Positions 38,639-48,490 of a DNA stretch of 64,000 nucleotides are shown piece after piece; the stretch's first letter is position 1, and every line of letters begins with the position of its first letter. This DNA comes from Acidiferrobacterales bacterium (GTDB lineage Bacteria > Pseudomonadota > Gammaproteobacteria > Acidiferrobacterales > UBA6901). A model generated the notes under the pieces. The model worked only from the letters and a program-made list of their open reading frames with translations. It ran no database searches and was not told the DNA's origin. The stretch covers positions 14,313 to 78,312 of the forward strand of contig DASWHF010000045.1 of the NCBI GenBank assembly GCA_036393295.1, written 5' to 3'. The position numbers were made by a program, and so were the translations under genes.

Positions 38639-40984
38639 TCAGCGCGCGTGCCAGTAGCGCCGCGCGCGCTCGCGCCAGGCCTCGACCCGCGGCGCGCCGC
38701 CGGCCCAGCGCAGCGCGAGCGCGCCGTGCCGTGCCGAGTCGTACTGGTCGATCCCAGCCTCGGCATAGCGCGTGACCACACTCGGATGCGGGTGACCATA
38801 GGGATTGCGGTAGCCGGCCGGGATCAGCACCGCCTGCGGCGCGACCGCCGCCAGCAGCTCGGGGCTGGACGAGGTCTTGGAGCCGTGATGCGGCGCCACC
38901 AGCACCGACGCGGCGAGCGCATCGCCATGGCGCGCGACCAGCGCCCGCTCGGCGGCGACGCCGATGTCGCCCGGCAGCAGTACGCCGCCCGCGGCGGACT
39001 CGATCTTGAGCACGCAGCTCGAGTCGTTGCCCGGCCCGGGCAGCGGCGGATGCAGCAGGCGGAACTCGACCCCGTCCCAGCGCCAACCGTCCGGCGCCTG
39101 GCAGGGCGCCGCGCCCGGCAATTGCTCCGGGACGCTGGTCAGCATCCGCCCCACCGGCAGTGCCGCGCGCAACGCCGCCGCGCCGCCGAGGTGGTCGTTG
39201 TCGCCGTGACTCACGACCAGGGTATCCACCCGGCCGATACCGTGGTAGCGCAGATAGGGCACCAGCACGGCGCTGCCGGCATCGAAGCTCGGGCTGAAGC
39301 GCGCGCCGGTGTCGTAGACCAGGGTGTGGCCGGCAGTCCGGGCGACCACCGCCAGCCCCTGCCCCACGTCCAGCAGAGTCAACCACAGCTCACCCGGCGC
39401 CGGGCCGGCCGGCCGCACCGCCAGGAGCGGCAGCAGCCAGATCGCACCCAGCCAGCGTCCGGGCCAGCCGCGCGGCGCCAGCAGCAGGGCCACCCCGAGC
39501 GCCGCGCAGGGCAGCGCCCACGCCGGCGGCTGCGCCGCGCTCCACATCACCCCGTCGACGCCGGCCAGGGCCTCCAAGGGCCGCCACAACAGGTCGAGAC
39601 TCCATGCGGCGAACTGGAACAGCCCGCCGGCCAGGACGGCCAGGCCGGTCATCTCCACGGCCACACCCAGCAGGGTCGCGGGTATGGTCGCCATCCCGAT
39701 CACCGGGATGGCCAGCAGATTGGCCAGCGGCGCCGCCAGGCTGACTTGTTGGAACAGCACGATCAACACCGGCAGCAGGCCGATCGTCACGGCCCACTGC
39801 ACCCGGACGAGCTCGCGGCCGTACTGGCGGAGCCCGCGCGCCCGCCCGACCCCATGCACGACGTAGAGGATCGCCGCCACCGCCAGGAACGACAGCCAGA
39901 AGCCGCCGGCCATGACCGACAGCGGGTCGAAGATGAGCACCGCGAGCAGCGCCAGCGCCAGCAGCTGACCGGTGGCGACCTGGCGCAGCAGGATACCGGC
40001 GCTCAGGCCCGCCGCCAGCATCACCAGGGCGCGCTGGGTGGGAATGGCGAAGCCGGCCAGGGCGGCGTAACCGGCCCCCGCCAGCAGCGCGATCAGCGCC
40101 GCCGCCTGCGGCGCCGGCAGCCACAGCGGCGCGCGCCCGGCCAACGCCCACAGGCGGCGCGCGACCAGGAACACCGCCCCGGCCACCAGGCCGATGTGCA
40201 TGCCGGAGATCGCGATCAGGTGGGTGGTGCCGGTGCGGCGCAGCGCCTCCCATTGGGCGGAATCGATGCCGCTGCGGTCGCCGTTGGCGAAGGCCGTGAT
40301 CATGCCGGCATAGCGGTTGTCCGGCAGCCGCTCGGCGATGTCGCGGCTGACGCGGGCCCGCAGCCGCGCCAACGGATAAGCCGTCGCGTCCTGCTCGACC
40401 CGCTCCGGTGGGGGATGGGCGCGCACATAACCGAACGCCCGCAGCCGCTGTTGAAACAGGTGTGCTTCGTAGTCGAAGCCGCCGGGATTGCGGAAGCCGT
40501 GCGGACGCTTGAGCCGCGCCGTGAGCCGCAGTCGCTGGCCGGCCTGCGGCCGGAACCCGGGATCGTAAGTGCTGAGCTGCACGCGGTGCGGAACGGTCAC
40601 CGGCGCGTCATCGTCGCGGGCCGCGATCACGTCCAGGACGAAGCGCGTGCCGCGCTCCCGGGTCACCGGCAGGTCGGCGACATGGCCGTCCAGGCGCAGA
40701 TCGCGCCCTTCGAGCTCGGCCGGCAGCTGCTCGTCCAGCACCCAGCCGGCGCGCAGGCTGACCCACAAGGCGCCGGCGACCAGGAACACCACCGGCAAGG
40801 CGACGCGCCGATACCGCGCGAGCGCCAGCGCGGGGAGCAACAACCATCCCCAATGCAGATCGGGCAGCGTGTCGAGCTGCTGCACCCAGAGTATGCCGGC
40901 GAGAAACGCCAGAGCGGAAACGCGCACGGTGCCTCCTTGCACCCTCCCGGCACCGCGACGCGTACGCACCGGCGGCGCGGGCAC
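38639..40984 (-). CDS. comEC: DNA internalization competence protein ComEC/Rec2
   Basis: Polytopic competence domain plus a C-terminal metallo-beta-lactamase fold (VSHGDNDHLGG). The exact start is uncertain. Confidence 0.88.
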   Translation of the reverse strand: MPAPPVRTRRGAGRVQGGTVRVSALAFLAGILWVQQLDTLPDLHWGWLLLPALALARYRRVALPVVFLVAGALWVSLRAGWVLDEQLPAELEGRDLRLDGHVADLPVTRERGTRFVLDVIAARDDDAPVTVPHRVQLSTYDPGFRPQAGQRLRLTARLKRPHGFRNPGGFDYEAHLFQQRLRAFGYVRAHPPPERVEQDATAYPLARLRARVSRDIAERLPDNRYAGMITAFANGDRSGIDSAQWEALRRTGTTHLIAISGMHIGLVAGAVFLVARRLWALAGRAPLWLPAPQAAALIALLAGAGYAALAGFAIPTQRALVMLAAGLSAGILLRQVATGQLLALALLAVLIFDPLSVMAGGFWLSFLAVAAILYVVHGVGRARGLRQYGRELVRVQWAVTIGLLPVLIVLFQQVSLAAPLANLLAIPVIGMATIPATLLGVAVEMTGLAVLAGGLFQFAAWSLDLLWRPLEALAGVDGVMWSAAQPPAWALPCAALGVALLLAPRGWPGRWLGAIWLLPLLAVRPAGPAPGELWLTLLDVGQGLAVVARTAGHTLVYDTGARFSPSFDAGSAVLVPYLRYHGIGRVDTLVVSHGDNDHLGGAAALRAALPVGRMLTSVPEQLPGAAPCQAPDGWRWDGVEFRLLHPPLPGPGNDSSCVLKIESAAGGVLLPGDIGVAAERALVARHGDALAASVLVAPHHGSKTSSSPELLAAVAPQAVLIPAGYRNPYGHPHPSVVTRYAEAGIDQYDSARHGALALRWAGGAPRVEAWRERARRYWHAR

Positions 40985-41026
40985 GGTGTAGTCGCGGTGT
41001 GCGCGCCACTATACACTATTGGCGAT

Positions 41027-41620
41027 ATGGCCAGAAAATTCATCAAACGCCTGCTGCCTGACTTTCATTTCGTCCGGACGCACAGGAACCTGCAGTTCTT
41101 CGGCAAACGCTTGCACGATCCCAATCTTTGGCATCTGAACCGCCGCTCGGCCTCCGGCGCGATGGCCATCGGCCTGTTCTGGGCGTTCATCCCGATGCCG
41201 TTCCAGATGGTGCCGGCCGCGGCGTGCGCGATCTGGCTGCGCGTCAACCTGCCGATCTCGGTGGTGCTGGTGTGGATCACCAATCCCTTCACCATGCCGC
41301 CGATCTTCTTTTTCAACTACAAGCTCGGCAGCTGGATTCTCGACCATCCGTTGAAGAAGCTGAACATCGAGGTGTCCGACGTCACGTTCGAGCTGTCGCT
41401 GCGATGGGTCATGAACGAGATGGGCGCGATCTGGCAGCCGCTGCTGCTCGGCTCGTTGATCGTCGCGGTACTGAGCGCGCTGCTCGGGTACTGGGGCATG
41501 CGCTGGTTCTGGCGCACCCAGGTGGTACGCGAATGGGAACGCCGCAAGAAGGCGCGCCTGCTGCGCCGCGCGCTGCACAAGCATCCGCCCGATCACCGAC
41601 CCCGCGACAATTCCTTGTAG
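41027..41620 (+). CDS. DUF2062-family membrane protein
   Basis: Only the last 197 codons of track ORF 38648..41620 are used: MARKFIKRLLPDFHFVRTHRNLQFFGKRLHDPNLWHLNRRS... Conserved neighbour of comEC and lolD. The stop codon lies in the GTAG head of a REP. Confidence 0.8.
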   Translation: MARKFIKRLLPDFHFVRTHRNLQFFGKRLHDPNLWHLNRRSASGAMAIGLFWAFIPMPFQMVPAAACAIWLRVNLPISVVLVWITNPFTMPPIFFFNYKLGSWILDHPLKKLNIEVSDVTFELSLRWVMNEMGAIWQPLLLGSLIVAVLSALLGYWGMRWFWRTQVVREWERRKKARLLRRALHKHPPDHRPRDNSL

Positions 41621-41686
41621 GCGGGGCTTCCAGCCCCGCCGCTCCGTTGCCAGGCCGTGCAAAGCGGGGCTGGAAGCCCCGCCTAC
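41617..41686. repeat. REP doublet, family I
   Basis: GTAGGCGGGGCTTCCAGCCCCGCC ... GCGGGGCTGGAAGCCCCGCCTAC. The spacer shares GCCGTGCAAA with the reverse complement of the 27107-27175 copy. Confidence 0.85.
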
Positions 41687-41692
41687 AATATA

Positions 41693-42376
41693 CTAGCCCG
41701 GCTGCAACACGCCGTCCTCGAGCCGCAGGATGCGATCCATGCGCGCGGCCAGCGCCGGGTCGTGCGTGGCGATGACGAAGCTCGTGCCCTGCGCGCGCTG
41801 CAGCTCCAGCATCTGGCCGTAGACGCCTTCCGCGGTCTTGCGGTCGAGATTGCCGGTCGGCTCGTCGGCCAGCACGCACAGCGGCTCGGTCACGAGCGCG
41901 CGCGCCACCGCCACGCGCTGGCGCTCGCCGCCCGACAGCTCGCCGGGCTTGTGCGCCAGGCGGTGGTCGAGCCCGACTTTGGCGAGCATGGTGCGCGCCC
42001 GGTCGAAGGCCTCGCGCGTTCGGCTTCGACGCACGATCAGCGGCATCGCGACGTTCTCGAGCGCGGTGAATTCCGGCAGCAGGTGGTGAAACTGGTAGAC
42101 GAAGCCGAGACTGCGGTTGCGCAAGTCGCCGCGCGCCGCGTCGCTCAGCGTGCTGAAGTCCTGACCGCCGAGCTCGACGCTGCCGGCGCTCGGCAGGTCG
42201 AGACCGCCGAGCAGGTGCAGCAGCGTGCTCTTGCCGGCGCCGCTCGCCCCCACCACCGCCACGGTCTCGCCGCGCGCCACGGACAGATCGACGCCGCGCA
42301 GCACCGGCACCGACAATTCACCCTGCTCGAAGGTCTTGGCAAGACCGCGGCAGGCCAGGACGGTTTCGGTCTTCAT
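41693..42376 (-). CDS. lolD: lipoprotein-releasing ABC transporter ATP-binding protein
   Basis: Start at [12 protein letters not shown], with an ATGA overlap with the lolC stop. Walker [10 protein letters not shown], signature LSGGERQR. Confidence 0.9.
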   Translation of the reverse strand: MKTETVLACRGLAKTFEQGELSVPVLRGVDLSVARGETVAVVGASGAGKSTLLHLLGGLDLPSAGSVELGGQDFSTLSDAARGDLRNRSLGFVYQFHHLLPEFTALENVAMPLIVRRSRTREAFDRARTMLAKVGLDHRLAHKPGELSGGERQRVAVARALVTEPLCVLADEPTGNLDRKTAEGVYGQMLELQRAQGTSFVIATHDPALAARMDRILRLEDGVLQPG

Positions 42377-43620
42377 TCGTAGCGCAGCGCCTCGGCCGGC
42401 TGGGTGAGCGCCGCGCGCCGCGCGGGATAGAGTGTCGCCAGGAAACACATCAGCAGCGAGGCGCCGCTGATCACCGTGACGTCCGACCACAGCAGCCGCG
42501 ACGGCAGCTCGCTGATGTAGTAGACGTCGGCCGACAGGAACTGGGTCTTGAACAGGCGCTCCAGGAACGGCACGATGGTCTCGAGATTGGTCGCGAGGCC
42601 GATGCCGCCGAGCGCGCCCAGCAGCGTGCCGAAGATGCCGATGATCGAGCCCTGCACCATGAAGATCCCCATGATGCTGCCCGGGCGCGCGCCGAGCGTG
42701 CGCAGGATGGCGATCTCGGCGCGCTTGTCGGTCACCACCATCACCAGCGTCGACACGATGTTGAAGGCCGCAACCGTCACGATCAGGAGCATGATCACGA
42801 ACATCACGGTCTTCTCCATTTTCAGCGCGCGGAAGAAGTTGCTGTGCTCCTGCGTCCAGTCGCGCACCCGGAATTCATCGTTCATCGCCTCGCGCAGCTC
42901 CCAGCCGACGCGCGGCGCGCGGTAGACGTCGGCGAGCTTGACGCGCAGCCCGGAGACACGTTCCGGCATCTGGTAGAGGCGCTGCGCGTCGTCCAGATGA
43001 ATCAGCGCCAGCCCGCTGTCGAATTCGTGCATGCCGATATTGAAGATGCCGACCACGTTGAAGCGCTTGAGGCGCGGCAGCAGGCCGGCCGGCGTGATCT
43101 GGCCCTCGGGCGTCACCAGCGTCACCGCGTCGCCGACCTCCACGCCCAGCCGCCAGGCGAGCTCGCGCCCGAGGATGATGCCGAAGCCGCCGGGTTTGAG
43201 GTCGCCGAACGCGCCGCTCTCCATCTTGCGGTCGATCTCGGCAACGCGCGGCTCGGTCTCCGGCAGGATGCCGCGCACGACGATGCCGGAAGCGATCTTG
43301 CCGCGCGTCAGCATGCCCTGCCCCTGAATGTAAGGCGCGGTCGCGAGCACGTCCGGGTGCCGCTCGACGGTACCGGCCGCCGCACGCCAGTCGGCAAGCT
43401 GCCCACCCGGACCGGACACGGTCAGGTGCGACACCACGCCGAGGATGCGCACGCGCAGCTCCTCGCCGAAGCCGTTCATCACCGACAGCACCGTGATCAG
43501 CACCGTGACGCCGAGCGCGATGCCGACGATCGAGATCAGCGAAATGAAGGAGATGAAATGGTTGCGGCGCTTGGCGCGCGTGTAGCGCAGGCCGACGTAG
43601 AGCTCATAGGGGCGGATCAT
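42373..43620 (-). CDS. lolC: lipoprotein-releasing system permease (LolC/LolE family)
   Basis: Start at [25 protein letters not shown]. MacB-like periplasmic domain and FtsX C-terminus. Confidence 0.88.
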   Translation of the reverse strand: MIRPYELYVGLRYTRAKRRNHFISFISLISIVGIALGVTVLITVLSVMNGFGEELRVRILGVVSHLTVSGPGGQLADWRAAAGTVERHPDVLATAPYIQGQGMLTRGKIASGIVVRGILPETEPRVAEIDRKMESGAFGDLKPGGFGIILGRELAWRLGVEVGDAVTLVTPEGQITPAGLLPRLKRFNVVGIFNIGMHEFDSGLALIHLDDAQRLYQMPERVSGLRVKLADVYRAPRVGWELREAMNDEFRVRDWTQEHSNFFRALKMEKTVMFVIMLLIVTVAAFNIVSTLVMVVTDKRAEIAILRTLGARPGSIMGIFMVQGSIIGIFGTLLGALGGIGLATNLETIVPFLERLFKTQFLSADVYYISELPSRLLWSDVTVISGASLLMCFLATLYPARRAALTQPAEALRYE

Positions 43621-43680
43621 GGGGCGCCATTTAACCACACCGGCGGCGGCGGGAGAACCGGCGAGCGCCGCGGCGATGCC

Positions 43681-44823
43681 TCAGCGCCCGGCCGCGGCCG
43701 CGGCGATCGGAGTGAGCTGCGCAACCCCGTCGCGGTTGACCAGCACCGTGCCGTGCGGCGCCGACAGCTCCTGCAGGTGCGCCACGACCCGGTCGGCCCG
43801 GTCGCGCGGCAGGACTTGCGGCTGGAAGTTGACCTCGAAATTGTGCACGTTGATGGGGACCAGCGTCAGCTCGTGGAAGCGGTGATCGACGAAACGCAGT
43901 TGCGCCACGACGCTGTCGCGCGAGCGCGGGCTGTAGGAGCCGAAGGCGAAATTGCCGAGGCTGTAGAGGATCACGCCGTCCTTGTAGCGCTCCACGCCTT
44001 GCAGGATATGCGGGTGGTGGCCGATGACCGCCTGGGCGCCGGCGTCGATCGCCGCGCGACCGAGTCGCGGCTGGTATTCACGCAGGGTCGTCTTGCCCTC
44101 CTGGCCCCAGTGGAATGACACGATCACGATGTCGGCCTGCGCGCGCGCCGCCGCGACGTCGGCGCGCACCTGTTGCTCGTGGCCGTAGGCGGTGCCGGGC
44201 CGTTCGCGCCCGGCGAAGAAGCTTTCGGGCAGGGTCAGCGAATACGCCAGCACCGCGACCCGGGTTCCGTCGATCGTCAGCACGGCCGGACGCCGCGCCG
44301 CCGCCAGGTTCATGCCGGCGCCGGCATGGGCGATACCGGCCGCGTCGAGCGCCGCCATGGTGTCGGCCAGGCCGTCGACGCCGTAGTCGAGCGTGTGATT
44401 GTTGGCGAGCGAGACCACGTTGAAGCCGGCGCGCTTCAGGGCCGGCGCGACCGCATCCGGCGGCGAGCGGAAGCTGTACTGCTTGCCGGGATCGGCGCTG
44501 CCGCGCCCGGTCAGGGGGCCTTCGAGATTGCCCAGCACGATCTGCGAATCCCGGAACAGTTCGCGCATGTGAACGAACGGATAGTCGTAGCCGTGTTCGA
44601 CCATCAGCGCCCGCGCCGAGCCGTCGAGCATGATGTCGCCGACCGCGCTCAGCAGCAGCTCGCGCGCCGGCGCCGGCGTCTCCCGGACGACCTCGGCCGG
44701 CGCTTCCGCCTGGGCCGGCGTGGGCGGCCCGGCCGGACGCGGCGCGCTCACGCAGGCCGCGAGCAGGATGGGCAGGACGCCGAGCAGCCACGGCGCCCGG
44801 TTCGAGGTCAGAGTCGGAATCAT
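43681..44823 (-). CDS. CapA/PGA_cap-family metallophosphoesterase lipoprotein
   Basis: Lipobox LLAAC. Motifs GDIMLD, NLEGP, ANNHTLDYG and GHHPH. Confidence 0.75.
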   Translation of the reverse strand: MIPTLTSNRAPWLLGVLPILLAACVSAPRPAGPPTPAQAEAPAEVVRETPAPARELLLSAVGDIMLDGSARALMVEHGYDYPFVHMRELFRDSQIVLGNLEGPLTGRGSADPGKQYSFRSPPDAVAPALKRAGFNVVSLANNHTLDYGVDGLADTMAALDAAGIAHAGAGMNLAAARRPAVLTIDGTRVAVLAYSLTLPESFFAGRERPGTAYGHEQQVRADVAAARAQADIVIVSFHWGQEGKTTLREYQPRLGRAAIDAGAQAVIGHHPHILQGVERYKDGVILYSLGNFAFGSYSPRSRDSVVAQLRFVDHRFHELTLVPINVHNFEVNFQPQVLPRDRADRVVAHLQELSAPHGTVLVNRDGVAQLTPIAAAAAGR

Positions 44824-44841
44824 AAGTTGCGGGTCGTCCCT

Positions 44842-45294
44842 TCAGGCCTCGCGTTTGCGGTCGCGCGCCAGTCGCTGGAGCGCGGCCTTGAGATCCGGGT
44901 CGCCGATATGCGTCGCGGTGGTCTCGAGCAGCACCCGTGACCGCTCCGACGGCAAGCGCGCCCGCGCGCGGCGCGCGGCCCGGCCGGGCCGCTCGACCGG
45001 CGCCACGCCGATGCTGAGCCGTTCCACGCCGCGCAGCGCGGGCGAGGCGCGCAGCTGCGCCAGCAGGCTCGACTGCTGATGACGCAGCCGGCTCGCCCAC
45101 ACCGCGCCGTCGGCGCGCAGGGTCAGGACGCCGGCGTGAAAGCGGATCGGCCGCACATGCGCCGCCAGCGCCTCGCCCGCCGCTGCATCCCAGGCCGCGC
45201 ACACCGCGGGCAGCTCGGCGAGATCACGCGGCATGCCGAGACGCGCCAGGGCCTCGGCGGAGAAGTAACTGCCTAACGGGCGGCTGCGGCTCAT
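44842..45294 (-). CDS. DUF721/DciA-like protein (putative replicative helicase operator)
   Basis: Start at MSRSRPLGSY. The core AGVLTLRADGAVWASRLRHQQSSLLAQLR matches the DUF721 pattern by eye. Confidence 0.55.
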   Translation of the reverse strand: MSRSRPLGSYFSAEALARLGMPRDLAELPAVCAAWDAAAGEALAAHVRPIRFHAGVLTLRADGAVWASRLRHQQSSLLAQLRASPALRGVERLSIGVAPVERPGRAARRARARLPSERSRVLLETTATHIGDPDLKAALQRLARDRKREA

Positions 45295-45413
45295 GGGCGG
45301 GACATCGGCGCAAGGCACTATCAATAGACCTGTAGACACGATATTCCGGGAACCGGCAAAAAGCAAAGCCTCCGGTCGGACGCCGGCGCCGGGTCGGCGC
45401 TATACTGCGCGCC

Positions 45414-46136
45414 ATGAGCGCCGAAGCCGATCCGCGAAGCGTGGCCGACCGCTTGCGCGCCGTGCGCGCCCACATCGCCGAGGCCGCCACGGCCGCCGGG
45501 CGCGCACCGGCCGACGTGCGGCTGATCGCCGTCTCCAAGACCCATCCGGTCGCGCTGATCGAGGCCGCGGCCGCCGCCGGCCAGCGCGCCTTCGGCGAGA
45601 ACACCGTGCAGGAGGCGCTGGCCAAGATCCCCGCCTTCGCCGGGCGCGGCCTGGAATGGCATTTCATCGGCCATCTGCAGTCCAACAAGGCGCGGTTCCT
45701 GCCGGGCAATTTCCACTGGTGGCATTCGCTCGACGCGCTATCGTTGGCACGGCGCGTGGCGCGGCTCGCGCACGCGCAGGCCGCCACCCTCGACGCGCTG
45801 ATCGAAGTCAACGTGAGCGGGGACCCGCGCAAGCACGGCATCGCCCCCGACGCCCTGCCGGCGCTGCTGGAGGAATTGCTGCGCGAACCCCTGCCCGGCC
45901 TGCGCCTGCGCGGCCTGATGACCGTCGGCCCGCACCCGGCCGGCGAGGCCGAACGGCGCGCGGCCTTCGCGCGGCTGCGCGGCTTGCGCGACGACGCGCG
46001 GGCGCGCTTCGGCCTGGCGGACTTCGACGAGCTGTCGATGGGCATGAGCGGCGACTATGTCGAGGCGATACGCGAGGGCGCGACGCTGGTGCGGATCGGT
46101 TCGGCGATCTTCGGGGAGCGGGATTATTCGGGATGA
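45414..46136 (+). CDS. yggS: YggS-family pyridoxal-phosphate homeostasis protein
   Basis: LIAVSKTHP (PLP lysine), FGENTVQEA and SMGMSGDY motifs. Confidence 0.9.
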   Translation: MSAEADPRSVADRLRAVRAHIAEAATAAGRAPADVRLIAVSKTHPVALIEAAAAAGQRAFGENTVQEALAKIPAFAGRGLEWHFIGHLQSNKARFLPGNFHWWHSLDALSLARRVARLAHAQAATLDALIEVNVSGDPRKHGIAPDALPALLEELLREPLPGLRLRGLMTVGPHPAGEAERRAAFARLRGLRDDARARFGLADFDELSMGMSGDYVEAIREGATLVRIGSAIFGERDYSG

Positions 46137-46166
46137 CCGGTTCGGCGCCGCGGCAGCGCGTGCGGC

Positions 46167-47051
46167 TCAGCCCTTGGGCCCCACGGTGGCGCGCGCCACC
46201 AGATAGGCGCCCGTCACGATCAACGCCCCGCCGAACCACTCGCGCGCCGTGACGATCTCCTCGGTCAACAGCTGCTGCGACGCCGCCCCCGCCACCAGCT
46301 CGACCAGCGCCAGCACCGCCGAGCGGTGCACCGGCATATGCGTCACGCCGTACTGCACCAGCACCGTCATGACCAGGATGCCGAACAGCCCGAGCGCGAC
46401 CGCGCCGAGAAAGATGTCGCCGCCGGCGCGCGGCGCCGGCAGGCCCCAGACGCCGATCAGCACCGCGGCCAGCACCGTCACGCCGAACCACACCGCCAGG
46501 GATTTGGCCGACACCGAGACGTTCTGCGCCTTGCGCACGATCACGTTCGACAGCGCGAACGCGAAGCCCGCGGACAGCGCATACCAGTCGGCGCCCGAGC
46601 GCGGCCAGGGCGCGCCGAGCGCCGGGTTCCACAGCATCACCAGCGCGCCGCTCATGGCGATCGCCAGGCTCGCGAACGCCAGGCGCGAGATGCGCTCGTG
46701 GAGAACCAGCCGCGCCATCAGCACCGCCCACAGCGGCGACAGGTAGAACAGCAGCAGCACGCGCAGGATGTTGCCGTTGAGCACCGCCTCGACGAAGGCG
46801 ATATTGGTCCAGCCGGCGGCGGCCATCAGCAGCAGCATGAGCCGCGGGCTCGCGCGCCACTCGGCGACGCCGCGCCAGGTGCGCGGCAGGCTGAAGGCGA
46901 GCGCGCTGGCGTAGATCACCAGCGTCAGCCACAGGCCGGCCAAACCGCCCTGGTCCAGCAGCCGCATCGGATACCAGACCACGCCCCACATCGAGGCGCC
47001 GGCCAGCACGCAGGCCACCGGCAGCCAGCGCGTTGTCGGATTGGCCGTCAT
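46167..47051 (-). CDS. EamA/DMT-family transporter
   Basis: Ten-TM profile with two EamA-like halves. Confidence 0.75.
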   Translation of the reverse strand: MTANPTTRWLPVACVLAGASMWGVVWYPMRLLDQGGLAGLWLTLVIYASALAFSLPRTWRGVAEWRASPRLMLLLMAAAGWTNIAFVEAVLNGNILRVLLLFYLSPLWAVLMARLVLHERISRLAFASLAIAMSGALVMLWNPALGAPWPRSGADWYALSAGFAFALSNVIVRKAQNVSVSAKSLAVWFGVTVLAAVLIGVWGLPAPRAGGDIFLGAVALGLFGILVMTVLVQYGVTHMPVHRSAVLALVELVAGAASQQLLTEEIVTAREWFGGALIVTGAYLVARATVGPKG

Positions 47052-47100
47052 TCCGGGCTTACCGTATAATGCGCGTTTTTGTGCAAACAGATCTCACCTT

Positions 47101-48303
47101 ATGAACGCCCGGCTGGACCGGCTTCAACCCTACCCGTTTCAGAAGCTCGCGGCGCTGCTGGCCGGCGCGACGCCACCGGCGGACCGCAGCCCGATACGGC
47201 TGTCGGTGGGCGAGCCTCAGCATGCCGTACCGCCGGCGGTTTTGGAAGCCATGGCGGCCAGCCTCGCCGCGCTGTCGCACTATCCGCTGACGCGCGCCTC
47301 CTCGGCGCTGCGCGAGAGCGTCGCCGCCTGGGCGACGCGGCGCTTCCATCTGGAGGCCGGCGCGCTCGATCCGGAGCGGCATGTGCTGCCGGTCGCCGGT
47401 ACGCGCGAGGCGCTGTTCTCCATCGCCCAGGCGGTGGTCGATCACGCCCGCGACGCCGCGCCGGTGGTGATCATGCCGAACCCGTTCTACCAGATCTACG
47501 AAGGCGCGGCGCTGCTCGCCGGCGCCGAGCCGTATTTCATCAACACCGTGGCCGACGACGGCTACCGCATGGACTTCGGCGCGGTGCCCGACGAGATCTG
47601 GGAGCGCACCCAGCTCGTCTATGTGTGCTCGCCCGGCAACCCGAGCGGTGCGGTGTTGAGCGCCGAGGATTATGCCGAGCTGATCGCGCTCGCCCACCGC
47701 TGGGATTTCGTGATCGCCTCGGACGAGTGCTATTCCGAGATCTATTTCGACGACGCCGCGCCGCCGCTCGGGGTGCTGCAGGTCTGTCAGCAAATGGGCA
47801 TCGCCGGCTTTCGCCATTGCCTGGCCTTCCACAGCCTGTCGAAGCGCTCGAACCTGCCGGGGCTGCGCTCGGGTTTCGTCGCCGGCGACGCCGGCATCCT
47901 CGACCGGTACTTCCACTACCGCACCTACCAGGGTTGCGCGCTGCCGCCACCGACCCAGGCGGCCAGTGTCGTCGCCTGGGACGACGAGACGCATGTCGCG
48001 GCCAACCGCACGCTCTACCGCGAGAAGTTCGACGCCGTCCTGGACCTGCTCGCGCCGGTCCTGGACGTGGCACGGCCGGCGGCCGGTTTTTATCTCTGGC
48101 CGCGCACGCCGGTCGACGACGAGGCATTCACGCGCGAGCTGTACCGGCGCGAGAACGTGCTGGTGCTGCCCGGCGGCTATCTGTCGCGCAGCGCCCACGG
48201 CGTCAATCCCGGCCGCGGCCGCGTGCGCCTGGCCCTGGTCGCGCCGCTGACCGAATGCATCGAGGCCGCCCAACGCGTCCGGAATTATGTAGAATCGCTA
48301 TGA
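47101..48303 (+). CDS. dapC: succinyldiaminopimelate transaminase
   Basis: Start at MNARLDRLQPYPFQKLAALL. Class I aminotransferase (SLSKRSN PLP-lysine region). Lies directly upstream of dapD and dapE. Confidence 0.8.
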   Translation: MNARLDRLQPYPFQKLAALLAGATPPADRSPIRLSVGEPQHAVPPAVLEAMAASLAALSHYPLTRASSALRESVAAWATRRFHLEAGALDPERHVLPVAGTREALFSIAQAVVDHARDAAPVVIMPNPFYQIYEGAALLAGAEPYFINTVADDGYRMDFGAVPDEIWERTQLVYVCSPGNPSGAVLSAEDYAELIALAHRWDFVIASDECYSEIYFDDAAPPLGVLQVCQQMGIAGFRHCLAFHSLSKRSNLPGLRSGFVAGDAGILDRYFHYRTYQGCALPPPTQAASVVAWDDETHVAANRTLYREKFDAVLDLLAPVLDVARPAAGFYLWPRTPVDDEAFTRELYRRENVLVLPGGYLSRSAHGVNPGRGRVRLALVAPLTECIEAAQRVRNYVESL

Positions 48304-48344
48304 TTGTCACCCAACGCAAAGGTGCAAAGAGAACACTTACCACT

Positions 48345-48443
48345 GTAGGCGGGGCTTCCAGCCCCGCCGGCCGCGGGATCGACTCCAGCCGACGGCCCGT
48401 GTTCCACCGGGCGCCGTCCGGCGGGGCTGGAAGCCCCGCCTAC
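48345..48443. repeat. REP doublet, family I, long-spacer variant
   Basis: GTAGGCGGGGCTTCCAGCCCCGCC ... GGCGGGGCTGGAAGCCCCGCCTAC with a ~52-nt spacer. Confidence 0.85.
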
Positions 48444-48490
48444 AAAAGAACATTTTATTGCGTTGAGCAGTCCAAATAGAGGAACACGAC

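Noticed and set aside
38648-41026. The 990-aa plus-strand ORF (38648..41620) running antisense to comEC
   Set aside because: The upstream ~790 codons are Arg/Gly/Pro/His/Gln-rich and low in complexity, as expected for the antisense frame of a GC-rich gene, and they fully overlap a well-supported comEC. Only the last 197 codons (41027-41620, DUF2062) look like a real protein.
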